Part shown: piece by piece, positions 23,124 through 33,702 of the stretch | Layout: every line of letters starts with the position of its first letter | Numbering within the stretch: position 1 is the first letter of the stretch | Source of the DNA: Octopus vulgaris | Taxonomy: Eukaryota | DNA: 64,000 bases | Assembly: GCA_951406725.2 (NCBI GenBank) | Contig: OX597826.1 | Location: 18,414,001-18,478,000, forward strand | Direction: 5' to 3' | Notes under the pieces: generated by a model | Told to the model about the DNA's origin: nothing | Databases searched by the model: none | The model's input: the letters and a program-made list of their open reading frames with translations, nothing else | Program-made: the position numbers and the translations under genes

Positions 23124-23562
23124 TGCAAGAGTGACTGTGTGGTAAGAAACCTGCTTTCCAACCATATGGTTCCAGGTTCAATCCCACTGCATGGCACTTT
23201 GAGCAAGAGTTTTCTACTATAGCTTCAGGATAGCCAAAGCCTTGTAAGTAGATTTGATGGACAGAAACTGAAAGAAGCCCATCACACACACACACACACT
23301 CTCTCTCTCTCTCACACACACGCACATTTTCACACACACATCAATGCTTGTCATTGTGTCTGTGTTTGCCTCGCCACCACTGCTTGACAACCGGTGTCAG
23401 TGTGTTTATGTCCCCATGACTTAGCAATTCAATGAAAGAGACTAACAGAATAAGTGCTAGGCTTTAAAAAAATAAGTACTGGATTCAGTTCATTGTTGAA
23501 GGCAGTGCCCCAGCATGGCCACTGTCAACTGACTGAAACAAGTAAAAGATAAAAAATAAAAG
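23124..23562 (+). mobile_element. Family A SINE
   Basis: GTGACTGTGTGGTAAG..GGTTCAATCCCACTGC..GGAAACTGAAAGAAGCCC-like block, internal (CA)n(CT)n, and CCAGCATGGCCAC...GACTGAAACAAGTAAAAG tail. Confidence 0.85.
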
Positions 23563-23903
23563 ACATGCATTAACTGTGGAAGGTTTATGTAATGGATGAG
23601 TCTCTTATTATATGCAAACCTGAATCAGGTGTCAAATGATTTCAAAATATCACTTTTTGGTTTGACGTTATAATTACAACTGATGTATGTTTGTGTGCAT
23701 GTGCGTGTGTATGCATTAACTAAGAGCATGTATTTGAAAAGGGCTAATCGAAAGCACTCACACACTAGGAGAATAACGTTTTCCAATAAAGGTTAGAAAC
23801 ATCCTGATAAAAGATTTTATAACTTTTTTTTAAAATAATTTTTTAAAAAAGTGCCCTTTATACTTAAAAACTGTATTAAGTAGATTTTCCCAAAGACTTT
23901 CAA

Positions 23904-23938
<35 letters not shown>

Positions 23939-23940
<2 letters not shown>

Positions 23941-23993
23941 ACACTGATGAGGATCAGGGTTTAAATACCCAAAAGCCGAAACCTGGTTTGTGG
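23939..23993 (+). ncRNA. Type I hammerhead ribozyme motif (PLE-type, minimal stem III)
   Basis: Stem I CCACA/TGTGG, core CTGATGA, stem II GG..(GGGT-ttaaat-ACCC)..CC, GAAA, near-palindromic stem III ACC-t-GGT and cleavage triplet GTT. Confidence 0.7.
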
Positions 23994-24499
23994 ATATCCC
24001 TAATTGCATAATTTTTTTTATTTTGTGCAGTTAAATGTTTTAATCCATTCTGTTTTCCTCGAATACTGTTTTTCTCTGTAATCTTGGTGTGGTACAGTGG
24101 ATTAATTTAAGACTTTAGCTCTTATTTCTAGCAGGTAGATGCTTGTTAAGCATCATTACGCTTTGTGCAAATTTATAATTCATAGCTATATAATGCTATT
24201 GCGCCTGCGATCCACCCATGTCACTGCTGGTGATATCATCAATTTTAAAATTTATCCACATGATATGAACAGTAGTGACATCTGATTTCAAATCTCAGTG
24301 TTTGAATGTTTTGCTTATATATTTATATATACTTAAGTACACACACAATTAGAAAAAGACTTTTTAAAGAGTTTTGTTGGGCTGAGTCAACAGTACGGAC
24401 TGAGTTGATAGTCATTGAGAATACAGTTCCATATTTGAGAGATGAGGAATTACGTACATTATTTACATTTGATGGATATTTGTCCTCATCTTGCTTGTT

Positions 24500-24548
24500 G
24501 TTAACACGTTTCAGCTGATGTACTCTCCAGCCTTCATCAGGTGTCCTG
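24500..24548 (-). ncRNA. Hammerhead-like core in the left pLTR
   Basis: Reverse complement ACAC-CTGATGA-AGGCTG..CAGCT-GAAAC-GTGT, identical to 25408-25449. Confidence 0.55.
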
Positions 24549-24593
24549 GGGGAATTTTGAACTTGGATTCTCATTCCTAAGGTATTTTTCTGA

Positions 24594-24632
<39 letters not shown>

Positions 24633-24744
24633 CATTATTCAGGTCACTGCCTGGAATCAAATTCGAAATCTTGGAGTTAGTAGCCTGCACTCTTAACCAC
24701 TATGCCAATTATGAAGAAAAGAGATGATAAAACCAATAAACTGT

Positions 24745-25215
24745 CCACAGTCTGTCTACACTATGTGAAAGGCCTCTCCAAAAAGATACAAAAGATAAGC
24801 GGCCCATGTGACATCAGGACAGTATACAAGAGTAATACAACTCTTCGCAAATATCTCCTTCGAGTAAATCACCAATAGAAGAGTATATGACCAAAGACTG
24901 CGTATACTTCATCCGATGCAGTTGTGGTAGGTTATATAAAGGCGAAACATACCACCCCCTCAAAATAAGGGTAGAGGAACATTGCAAATCTGTGACACAA
25001 GGAGATATTGAAAAATCAGGTACATCTGATCATGTATGGCAAAACGGAGACCACCTTCCCCTGTGGGATGAAGTTAAAATAATAGACAGAGAACACCACA
25101 GAAAAATATGAAAACTAAAAGAGGCAGCACATATGCTAGGACACAACAACCTCCTAAGCAGACTGAGTGCAGATATGAGTAGCATATGGGGACCAGTATT
25201 AAAGAAGGATAGGAA
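24745..25215 (+). pseudogene. PLE GIY-YIG endonuclease remnant
   Basis: VYFIRCSCGRLYKGET motif, conserved R..EH, H and catalytic E (KLKEA); one frameshift near 24870 and a stop at 25109. Confidence 0.85.
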
Positions 25216-25260
25216 AATATTAGATTTATAAGCCCTAAAATTCACTCCATAATTGCCCAC

Positions 25261-25334
25261 GGGCATATGGCGTAGTGGTTAAGAGCACAGGCTACTAACC
25301 CCAAGATTCCAATTTCAATTTCTGGCAGTCACCT
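25261..25334 (+). promoter_or_regulatory. tRNA-like head (Pol III A box and decayed B box) at the start of the pLTR
   Basis: TGGCGTAGTGG A box, TTAAGAGC D-arm end, GG-CTACTAA-CC anticodon-like arm and a degenerate B box (GAATTTGATTCC in the left-arm copy). Confidence 0.65.
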
Positions 25335-25405
25335 GAATAATAATAATAATAATAAACATTGGAAAAATACCTGAGGAATGAGAACGCAGGTTCAAAATTC
25401 CCCCA

Positions 25406-25450
25406 GGACACCTGATGAAGGCTGGAGAGTACATCAGCTGAAACGTGTTA
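25406..25450 (+). ncRNA. Hammerhead-like core in the right pLTR
   Basis: ACAC-CTGATGA-AGGCTGgagagtacatCAGCT-GAAAC-GTGT. Stems I and II are present, but stem III and the cleavage triplet are collapsed. Confidence 0.55.
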
Positions 25451-25869
25451 ACAAACAAGATGAGGACAAATATCCATCAAATAATGTAAAACAATAACTG
25501 AGAAGGTTGCAAAAAGCAATGAAAGAGCTTTGACAAACAAAAACGAAACAATTGGATATTTAGTAAATGAGTGGAATAGAACCAGTGTGTGTGTTAATTA
25601 TATTGGCATAATGACTCTCCCTAGGCACAACAAATTAACTTTTTAAAAAATTTTCTTTTACATTACAGAATGTCACTAATCATTGTGGATCTTTTATTGT
25701 GTGAATTTTGTGTCAAGTGAGCATTATGTGTACAAAAGCTTCCCATTTTCTTGGCCTGCTTCATAAAGAGGAAGTTGATTTTGGTAACAGTGTAAACTAT
25801 TTCCAGTTTAGTTTTGGTAATAGAATTTTCATGGAGTATTCTTTTGTCTATCATAGTTGATCCTTTTCT

Positions 25870-27045
25870 TCTTATAATTTGTAAAAGGGGGATGTTTTTA
25901 ATTTTCTATTTATTCAAATGTCGAGATGTTTACTATATGGAACATGTCTAAGAAATGAATCTTTTTTAATTTGCTGCTTACGTCCATTTACACAACTGAT
26001 TGGTTTTGTTTCTGTGTCTTCAATGTGTGGGCATCTGATGCAGCAGATGAGATATTTCATTTTGTATCAATCTTTGCATTCACTTTCAATTCTTTGCCAT
26101 TCTTTTGCTTGCTCCTTACTCAATAATTTCCCACAAAGTCCCACAAAAAGAGTCTTCACAGTCTGTTACTCATATTATTTTTTCCTTTGGCCTGAATATT
26201 GCTTTGTTAGAAGTTCATTGAGGTTTGGTAGTTGTCTTTAGCTGTTGATGATTTGTGATTTTTTAATTATTTGTAGCAGATTTGATGATTGGTATGGAAA
26301 TGGGAGGCACTGTGGTTCCTAGGATTATGAGTGACTACAAATGGAATATTTATATCTGTATTTTCGTTTTCACCCTTAAGCATAAGTGTTTCTCCCTTAA
26401 GGTAGAGATCAGGATTTCTTTTGCTTTGATTATAGCATGATTTATTAACTTTTTGGGGTTTTCTTTCTGATTTTTTTTTTGAAGACATCTAGTTCTTTCA
26501 GTTATTTCTCTCACCTATGGTACCTGTAACTATTGAGCATATACGGCTTGCTGTATTGAATAGTACGTTCCTTTTTGTATGGAAAGGGTGGCAAGATCTA
26601 AAATTTAAATACTGGTGTGAGTCTTTGTCGTAGCAGTAGAGATCAGTTGTAATTGTCTCATTTTTCTTAATTAATAGAATGTTCAGAAAAAAGAGTTCCT
26701 TTTCATTCATTTCCATAGTGAATTGGATCAATTCATGAATGCTGCTTATTAATTTAAGGAATCTTGTATGGTCCTCTTTACTTTTATTCCAAAATATGAA
26801 GCAGTCATCCAAAATTCTTAGGTTTGGAACTGATGATCAACAGTAGTTCTAGACAGAGCATATCCTTTTTCTTCCAAGTACTCCATTACTAGAGTCCCAA
26901 ACGTTAGTGGGATTTTCATACTCATGGCTGTCTCAGTTGTCAAAGAAGTAGTTGTTTTCCAGGACTAACTGTAATCCTTCATGTTTAAATTCTTTTGGGA
27001 ATCTCTTCTTATTCTTTGTGGATATTGGTTTATCCAGAACTCTAT
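25870..27045 (-). pseudogene. Penelope-like element (Neptune-like) RT/thumb and decayed endonuclease
   Basis: LVLENNYFFD..LDDCFIFWNKS..IQFTME..ELFFLNILL..TDLYC..DSHQYLNFRSCHPFHTKRNVLFNTASRICSIV..IPFVVTHNPRN..RQLPNLNELLT. Confidence 0.85.
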
Positions 27046-27101
27046 CTATCAACACATATACGTGTGTGTGTGTATATATATACATATATATATATACACA
27101 C

Positions 27102-27742
27102 TCTAGCAGAAGAAGTCAAAATGAACAAAACCACATTTAAGAGCAATTTCGAAGGGAATGAAAACGAAAAACTTTTACCTTGTTTTTTTTTACAAACATA
27201 CCTATGTTTTGAATTTTATTTAGCAAATGAAATAATTTGCTAGGCGAAATTCTCATCAGTTACCATGCTATAACATTAACCTATAATTTAGAGACAACAC
27301 ATGTCTCTTCATTATATGTTATAACTTATCAAATTCACCACACAAACGCAGTTTCATTCGGTAGCAAATGAAAAAAATGCGAAACTAATCTTCTGAAAAT
27401 GCTAAAACATATCCATAAAATATATAGGGTAGCGAGTTCTTTAGCAACTTCACTACCAGTGGCCTAGCATGTATAATAAAAGTAAATAGACAACATATTC
27501 TCAATATAAAATAGTGTGCATTTAAACACAAGAGAAGCTGCCTTTAACGAGCAGCTTTATACTCTAGAAGAAGCAGTCAAAATTTCCCTTCGAAATTGCT
27601 CTTAAATGGGGTTTTGGTCATTTTGACTGCTTCTTCTAGTATGTAAAGCTGCTTGTTAAAGGCTGCTACCCTTGTGTTTAAATGTACATTATTTTATATT
27701 GAGAATATGTCGTCTATTGACTTTTTAATACATGCTAGGCCA
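27102..27742. mobile_element. Foldback MITE (27460-27742) and adjoining related DNA-transposon fragment
   Basis: TGGCCTAGCATGTAT...ATACATGCTAGGCCA with ~120-bp paired arms. 27102-27160 is another inverted copy of 27583-27640. Confidence 0.8.
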
Positions 27743-27824
27743 TGTATACATGCAATGCGAAGCGCATTGTGACCAGCGATGTGTAACGACATCTGATAAC
27801 CTGGTTGGTCACGTGATCACGTAA

Positions 27825-27936
27825 TATATGTATACACATATATATACATATATATACACATATATATACATATATACACACACACATATATAAACACACA
27901 CATATATAAATGCATATATATATACATGTATATATA

Positions 27937-27980
<44 letters not shown>
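27825..27980. repeat. (TA)/(CA)n microsatellite
   Basis: Direct reading. Confidence 0.9.
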
Positions 27981-28789
27981 TTGGTGGGAAGATGACTATG
28001 AAGGATACTTGGAACAATGTAGAGGAGAATGGTGAGAGCACGAGGGGAATGGAGCAAATGCTGTGGCCAGTGGAGCCAACTTGGCACCAGACAACCTGGC
28101 CAATCTAGGTGATGTATACACACACACATATATACTAGCTGAATAGCTAGTATATATGTCAGGCAATTCTTACAATAGAATGTCTTATATAAATCTTCAT
28201 TTATTCCATGTGAGAGCATGTCTTCTACAGCAGATAGGCTTCGTAATCAGGACAGATTTGTGCAAATTTTCACCAAAAAATTTTGTTGAGGATTTTTTCC
28301 CTTTTTAAATTATTTACATGTCTGTTTGACTGTTTCACATGACTTCATTCATTAAAACTTCAGAACTTTAGTCATTGTGATGCTTTGCTTTCATTTGTTT
28401 AATAAAAATTCCTCCTCCCAGTGATTTTGCTTTCATTTCGTGATAGCCAGCTATCATGCAGAAAATGCCAGCTTCCAAATCTTGTTTCCTGATTAGGTAA
28501 AATTGATAAACTTTAAACCTTAGTAAAATTTTTCTGCAACTTTTCTGGAACAAATAAATAACAAAATCGGATTTAACATGGAAAATCGTTGCAATATACC
28601 AAATCTGGAAATTTTGACATAATTTTAAAATCTCACAATATGGGACAGCAACAGGAAAGACCCTACAAAAGTAGAAAGACAGACAGTTATAGGATGTGAC
28701 ACACAAACACACACACACATTTACAAATGCACACACAGGTAGTCATGGGAGAGGCTAACGTACATCAACACAGCCTCCTGACACCCAGC

Positions 28790-30350
28790 CTCCTGACACC
28801 CAGCCATCATGTTCAAGAATCTGGTAAAGGGTGTTAGTAAGAGGATCATGAGCCTTTCCTCCAACGAAGAGGCTTTTGATGCAGCGGCCCCATACTATAA
28901 CAAGTCCCTGGCTGCCAGCAGATTTAGGGACCACATCTATATGCTGGAACCCAACAGCCACAGAAAGACAATTTGGTTTACCTCCCACCTCTCCCTTAAC
29001 ACAATAACACCCATAGGTAGACTATTCCTTAAATTAATAGACAAGCACTTGTAGTTCTCATAGGTACAGGCCCATTTTCAACAAGCACAACATTAGAGTC
29101 CCATCTAGCTGTGCCCCCCAATATTAAGAGCATTCTAGTTAGTGCCCCTAAGCCACAGGAAGAAGCAGGTTGTTCATGCAGGGACCACAACAGTTGCTCA
29201 GTAGGAGGTCAATGGAAACTAAAGGGATCGTCTGTCAAGTTGAAGTACTAGCAAACCCTGGCAATGCCACCCACAGAAGCAATAGCGGCCGTGAGAACAG
29301 AGCCAACACCATCATCACCATCACCACAGTTGACCAGGTTAGTAACGTTAGCAACGACAGCACTGGCAGTCACCCCAATAGCTTCCCTAATGTCCACAGT
29401 AGCAGACCTGGCAACCCCGATAGCAGCAAAAGGTCCAGTGCCAACAGCAGATATAATGGCAGTAACAGCAGCGACAGTGGCCCTAGCAGAAACACTGGTG
29501 GAACCACAGCCAAGGACACCTCTAGCCGCAGCGACAACTTCCCCACCATTGGCGGAGACTGCAAAAACAACAACAATATTAGCAACAGCACCTTCACCAT
29601 AACTGGCGATAACATTACTGACGCCACCACCACCACCTCCAGCAACGCCAACACCAGCAGCCTCAGCTCCAACTGCAACAATATCGGTGACAGCAGCAGC
29701 AGCAGCAACAACAGCAGTAGAAGCAACTGCAACAGCAATAGATGCAGCACTGGCAACTCATACCCGCGGAGAGACATTAGATGTGCTGAGAAATCTCTTG
29801 ACCAATGAGTTTCCAACCATAGACCCTCCTTCAGAGTTCCAGAAAGGAGATCCATAACATCCCTGGCCAGCCACGTCTGGCAACTAAGAGAAATGGCATC
29901 CCATACTCGATCTCATGGAAAATCTTTGAGACCCCAAGCCCCTACATCAACGGTATAGAGCATTGCAAGTTATGCATAGCAGAACACACGAGAATCCTAA
30001 AAGACTTGCTCGAACCAAGGAGCATCCTTAACTACAGAATGGAGATTTTCAGGCCATATTAGCTGGAATTTCCTAAAATTCCTGCCAACCTTTTGGAGCC
30101 CACAAAATGGCAGCACAGCTAGAAGTTGATAGCCAATGGAAAAGGTATATAATCTGTTATTGTTTACCTTTGCCCCTTGCATATTTTAAAGAGGTCTTAG
30201 GCTAACAGGTTTTGGGGTCTGATGATACACCATAAAGCTAATCCCCTTATGGACAGGAAACCCAAGGTAATCCCATTAATTGGTTTTCCTCACTTTTGAT
30301 ATATTCTGCTCGACATCTTAGGGGGATTCTTCTCTGGATTTATGTTTTCT
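28790..30350 (+). mobile_element. Penelope-like element, Naiad/Chlamys-like, 5'-truncated
   Basis: HPAIMFKNLVKGVSKRIMSLSSNEEAFDAAAPYYNKSLAAS..RKTIWF...IGRLFLKLIDKH..IFNKHNIRV; a CSCRxxxxCxxGGQ knuckle; GIVCQVEV...DIRCAEK..NHRPSF..TSLASHVWQL..YSISWKI..PYING..CKLCIAEH; hammerhead in the 3' region. Confidence 0.8.
30213..30275 (+). ncRNA. Type I hammerhead ribozyme motif in the Naiad-like 3' repeat
   Basis: Stem I TGGGGT/ATCCCA, CTGATGA, stem II CCATAA/TTATGG (base mismatched), GAAA, stem III ACC-caa-GGT and cleavage triplet GTA. Confidence 0.65.
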
Positions 30351-30382
30351 ACACATGATACACACACACACACGTGCACATA

Positions 30383-30945
30383 TATTTGGTTGAATCATAA
30401 ATAACTGCCAATTTTGTTAAACACCTTTACCCATGAAAAAATTTTACAAAGAATTATTTTCAATTATCAGTACAGTTGCCATTATTTCGAGTGACCTTTT
30501 TCCATTTATCAGGTAACTTTTTAATTCCTCTTCAGTAAAATGCAGCTAGCTTCAACATAAAGCTTTCCAAGATCTTCTTGAGAAAATTTTTTCACCATCA
30601 GAACATTGGGTAGAGAGTGCAAAAGATGGAAACCAGTTGGTACAAGGTCTGATGAATATGGTGGATGGGGCAGAACAGCCCAAATCCGATATTTTATCCT
30701 GTGTGATTCTTGTTGAATGTGGTCTTGTGTTATCATGGAGAAGCACAATGTTTCTCCTGCTGATGAGTGCAGGACTTTTTCTCAAAAGATTTTCATGTGT
30801 TGCAGGCGTTGAGAGTATCAGTTGGCATTTAGTGTTTGACCGTGGTCTAAAAACTCAAAATGCATAATACTGCAGTGATCCCACCATACACACAACATAA
30901 CCTTCCTTCCATGAAGCTCAGCCTTTAAGGTAGGTTGTGGTTGAT
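30383..30945 (-). mobile_element. mariner (DD34D-type) transposon 3' half
   Basis: KAELHGRKVMLCVWWD..FEFL..GQTLNA..IVLLHDNTRPH..VLPHPPYSSDLVPTGFHL; mariner-like terminus TATTTGGTTGAATCATAAATAACTGC. Confidence 0.85.
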
Positions 30946-30974
30946 GAGGATCCAACATCAGCAAGCAGCTGAAT

Positions 30975-31600
30975 GCAAAAAGCAGGCACAGAGTCCTAAT
31001 ATCATCATAACACATAACTGGACGAAAAGTCTAAGAAATTTATCAGTAAAAACCCTGGAAAGTCAGTCAGGCAAAGGACCTCAAGGTTTCAGAATGTGCC
31101 ATCAGAAGAGTTGCGCATGAGGACAAACAGTACAAGTCATATGTGATGGAGAGGGGTCAGTTTATGTTGGATGTGGCAAGAGAGAATCATGCAATGCACT
31201 TGTAAACAAGTGAAAACTCTAAAAGGCTAAAACGCTTTGGTCTTTCTCTGATGAGAAAAATCTTGGTCAGGACCAAAAGGTAAACTGAAGGAACAACAGA
31301 TAGTTATGGAGAGACCCAAATAAGGTTCCATCGGTCATATATGCTAAGCTGCCAGCAACTGTGATGGTTCTGCCTTGTCACTTTTTTACCCAGAGCTTAA
31401 TATTCAATGCCACCGTCTACACAGTTGGAGAACGTCATGAGACCCTTGATGGACAGATATGCAATGGAAGACTGTATGTAATCTAACGAGACTCTGCACT
31501 AACACATATGGCTAGGACAACCCGAGTGTGGATGTGTGTCAATCTCCATGATCATGTTCTCCCTGACACATGGCCTCCTAGCTCACCTGACATTAAATCA
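30975..31600 (+). pseudogene. Decayed maT transposase fragment
   Basis: VSECAIRRVAHEDKQYKSYVM..WSFSDEKN..QKVN*RNNR..KLPATVMV..DSALTHMARTT..WPPSSPD. Confidence 0.75.
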
Positions 31601-31669
31601 AGGAGACGTAAATACAAACACACACACATACATATATATGCATGGATATAAAGATATATATATATATAT

Positions 31670-31895
31670 GCACTATGTAAAGATATGAATATTGCACTGG
31701 GATGGACGTATTATGTGAATGGATGAGGACAGCTACATAAATGAGTGCAAGAAGAGGGAAACCCAGGAAAATATGGGATTAAGTGACAAAGGCTGATCTC
31801 AGGACATTGAACCTCACAGAGAAGGTGACAAATGACCAGGATTAATGGCGATATGCTGTTCTCAAAACGATCTGCCAACCACAGCAAAACTGAGT
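31670..31895 (+). mobile_element. RTE LINE 3' end fragment
   Basis: LHWDGRIM*MDEDS..RRGKPRKIWD*V..DLRTLNLTEKVTNDQD*WR, homologous to the end of the 17930-19083 element. Confidence 0.65.
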
Positions 31896-33011
31896 TCTGG
31901 AAGCTCTCTCTCTCTCTCTTTGTGCTCTAGCTAAAATCATCAGTTACTCTCTTATGTCTTGAGCCCCTAAAAGCTAGTGTTTAACTCCATTTACATGATG
32001 TAAAGCAAATGAGAAATAAAATCTCCCGGATAAAACACAAGTCTCTTGAAGCTAACATTTTATCTAAAACCTGGACCTACATTTTATCTAAAATCTGAAA
32101 TACTGTAGGAATTTCAAAAAAGTTCCAGTAAATTTAAACTTGTCACTCACATTACTTTTGTATGTTTGCCAGAATAAAAGTAGTAATAGAATTTATCTTA
32201 TGTTCAAATTCCTCCACAGTTGACTTTCACATTTATGAGGGCTGATAGAGGATTAATAGTACACATTGCATTTTGCATTCTAACCAGAGATTTCATCTTA
32301 CGTACAGGGGCCAATTTAGTTGATTATAATGACATATTTCTATAACGATTAGTCTAATCAGAACAAATCAATATTTCAGAAAGAATAAAAGAAGTAGAGC
32401 AATTTGTTTTGTCTTATAGTACAACACAATAGTTGTAGCAGTCTTTGCATTTATAATCCCAAGGCCCCACGATTAGATAAGTCAGACTATGATAATATAT
32501 TTTGGACAAAGAAAGGACCAAATGCAAGCTTCAGTTAGTTCAAGAAATTGTCAATAATTTAAAGATTTGTAAAAGAGAAAATGTCAAGTTAATTTAGTTT
32601 GGATGAAAGTAAAGGCAGTGTGATACTTAAAAATTCTAATCCAACTCAATACCAAATCCATTGTTACTGACCAAAGTATAAAAATAATTATCCTTACATC
32701 AAATATTGTCATAAGCGAGGATCGTTTTGATATTGTCAAATGAATGACAGAAGCAAAGAGTAGAATATCCATCATATCTATTTCCATCTTAAACAGAATG
32801 AAGAAAGTAACGAGAGTTCAAACTAAATCTGCCATGCTTTCTTTGTTAGTCAAGACGACACAGTTCTCTCTGCCTCTGAACTCGATCTACCCACCTAGCT
32901 CTCTGGCAAAAATTAAAAAGTCACAATAACAGTTATTCTTTATATTGTAACAAGAAAGATTTTTATCTTCACTGTATTTTTTCAAGTTTCAATATCAATG
33001 TTCATTTGGTC

Positions 33012-33335
33012 ATGGCTTAGTGGTTAGGGGTATTCAGTTCATGATTGTAAGGTCGTGAGTTCCATTCTCAGTGGCATGTTGTGTCCTTGAACAAGACACT
33101 TTATTTCACATTGTTCCAGTCCACTCAACTGAGAAAAATGAGTTGTACCTATAATTGAAAGGGGCCAGCCTTGTCACATTCTGCTGTGTCCTGGTGAATC
33201 TCCATCAGAACTACATTAGGGGTCGTGGCTGTTTGTTAAGTGCTCAGCCACTTACACATCAATTTCATGAGCAGGCTCTTCCATTGAACAGATCAACTGA
33301 AATACTCATCATCATAACCAATGAAGTGCCATTTT
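33012..33335 (+). mobile_element. tRNA-derived SINE, family C
   Basis: A box TGGCTTAGTGG, B box GAGTTCCATTCT and body TTGTGTCCTTGAACAAGACACTTTATTTCACATTGTTCCAGTCCACTCAACTG. Confidence 0.7.
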
Positions 33336-33654
33336 ATTGTTATTAATTCTTCTTAGTTATGAATGAAAATATTCCCAGTGATATATTCCAGTAACTTCTT
33401 TGGTATTTTTTTGTTTGCTACTAAAGTTTGTCTCCTCTTATAAATTTCAGTTCAATATTATCTCCATATAAAGACCTGTTTGAATACTCCACCTCACCCC
33501 CCACACACACATATAGGAACCCTCGATTGTCTAGGCATATGTATAACACCTTCATAAAAATACTGATGTAACTGTAATTTCCATTCCAAATTGTAAGGTT
33601 CTATCTTTCTTCTACTAATAATATATAGCATTTTTTAATATTCTGTTGCATCAG

Positions 33655-33702
33655 GAATGCAGTGCAGCACCAGTGGCAGGCAACGCACGACGTTCATCTT
33701 AA
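33655..33702 (+). CDS. Candidate terminal coding exon of an unidentified host gene (ECSAAPVAGNARRSS* if phase 0)
   Basis: Branch-point-like TACTAAT ~40 nt upstream, pyrimidine tract and CAG acceptor; a GC/CpG-richer non-repeat island followed by UTR-like sequence with AATAAA (~33954). No homology recognised. Confidence 0.25.
   Translation, partial: ECSAAPVAGNARRSS

Larger units (their letters stand above)
24422..25488 (+). mobile_element. Penelope/Poseidon-like element, 5'-truncated, with inverted pseudo-LTRs
   Basis: Inverted arms 24422-24708 (-) and 25267-25488 (+) flank a GIY-YIG remnant: LHYVKGLSKKIQKI..KDCVYFIRCSCGRLYKGETYHPLKIRVEEH..SGTSDHVW..WDEVKIIDRE..KLKEAAHM. Confidence 0.85.

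Noticed and set aside
25261-25334. Functional tRNA gene (also the heads at 6140, 21895-21968, 33012 and 51130-51240)
   Set aside because: Acceptor and T stems do not pair properly and each head runs directly into a repeat body; they are tRNA-derived only.
29160-29225. Selenocysteine (UGA) use in the Naiad-like zinc knuckle
   Set aside because: The visible Cys positions are TGT/TGC or a decayed TGG; no in-frame TGA at a Cys position and no SECIS was recognised in this copy.
30645-31260. Further CTGATGA matches as hammerheads (30649 and 31247; also 4583, 26830, 42996 and 48915)
   Set aside because: No correctly placed GAAA with flanking stems; two of them are simply transposase codons (the PYSSDL antisense and FSDEK).
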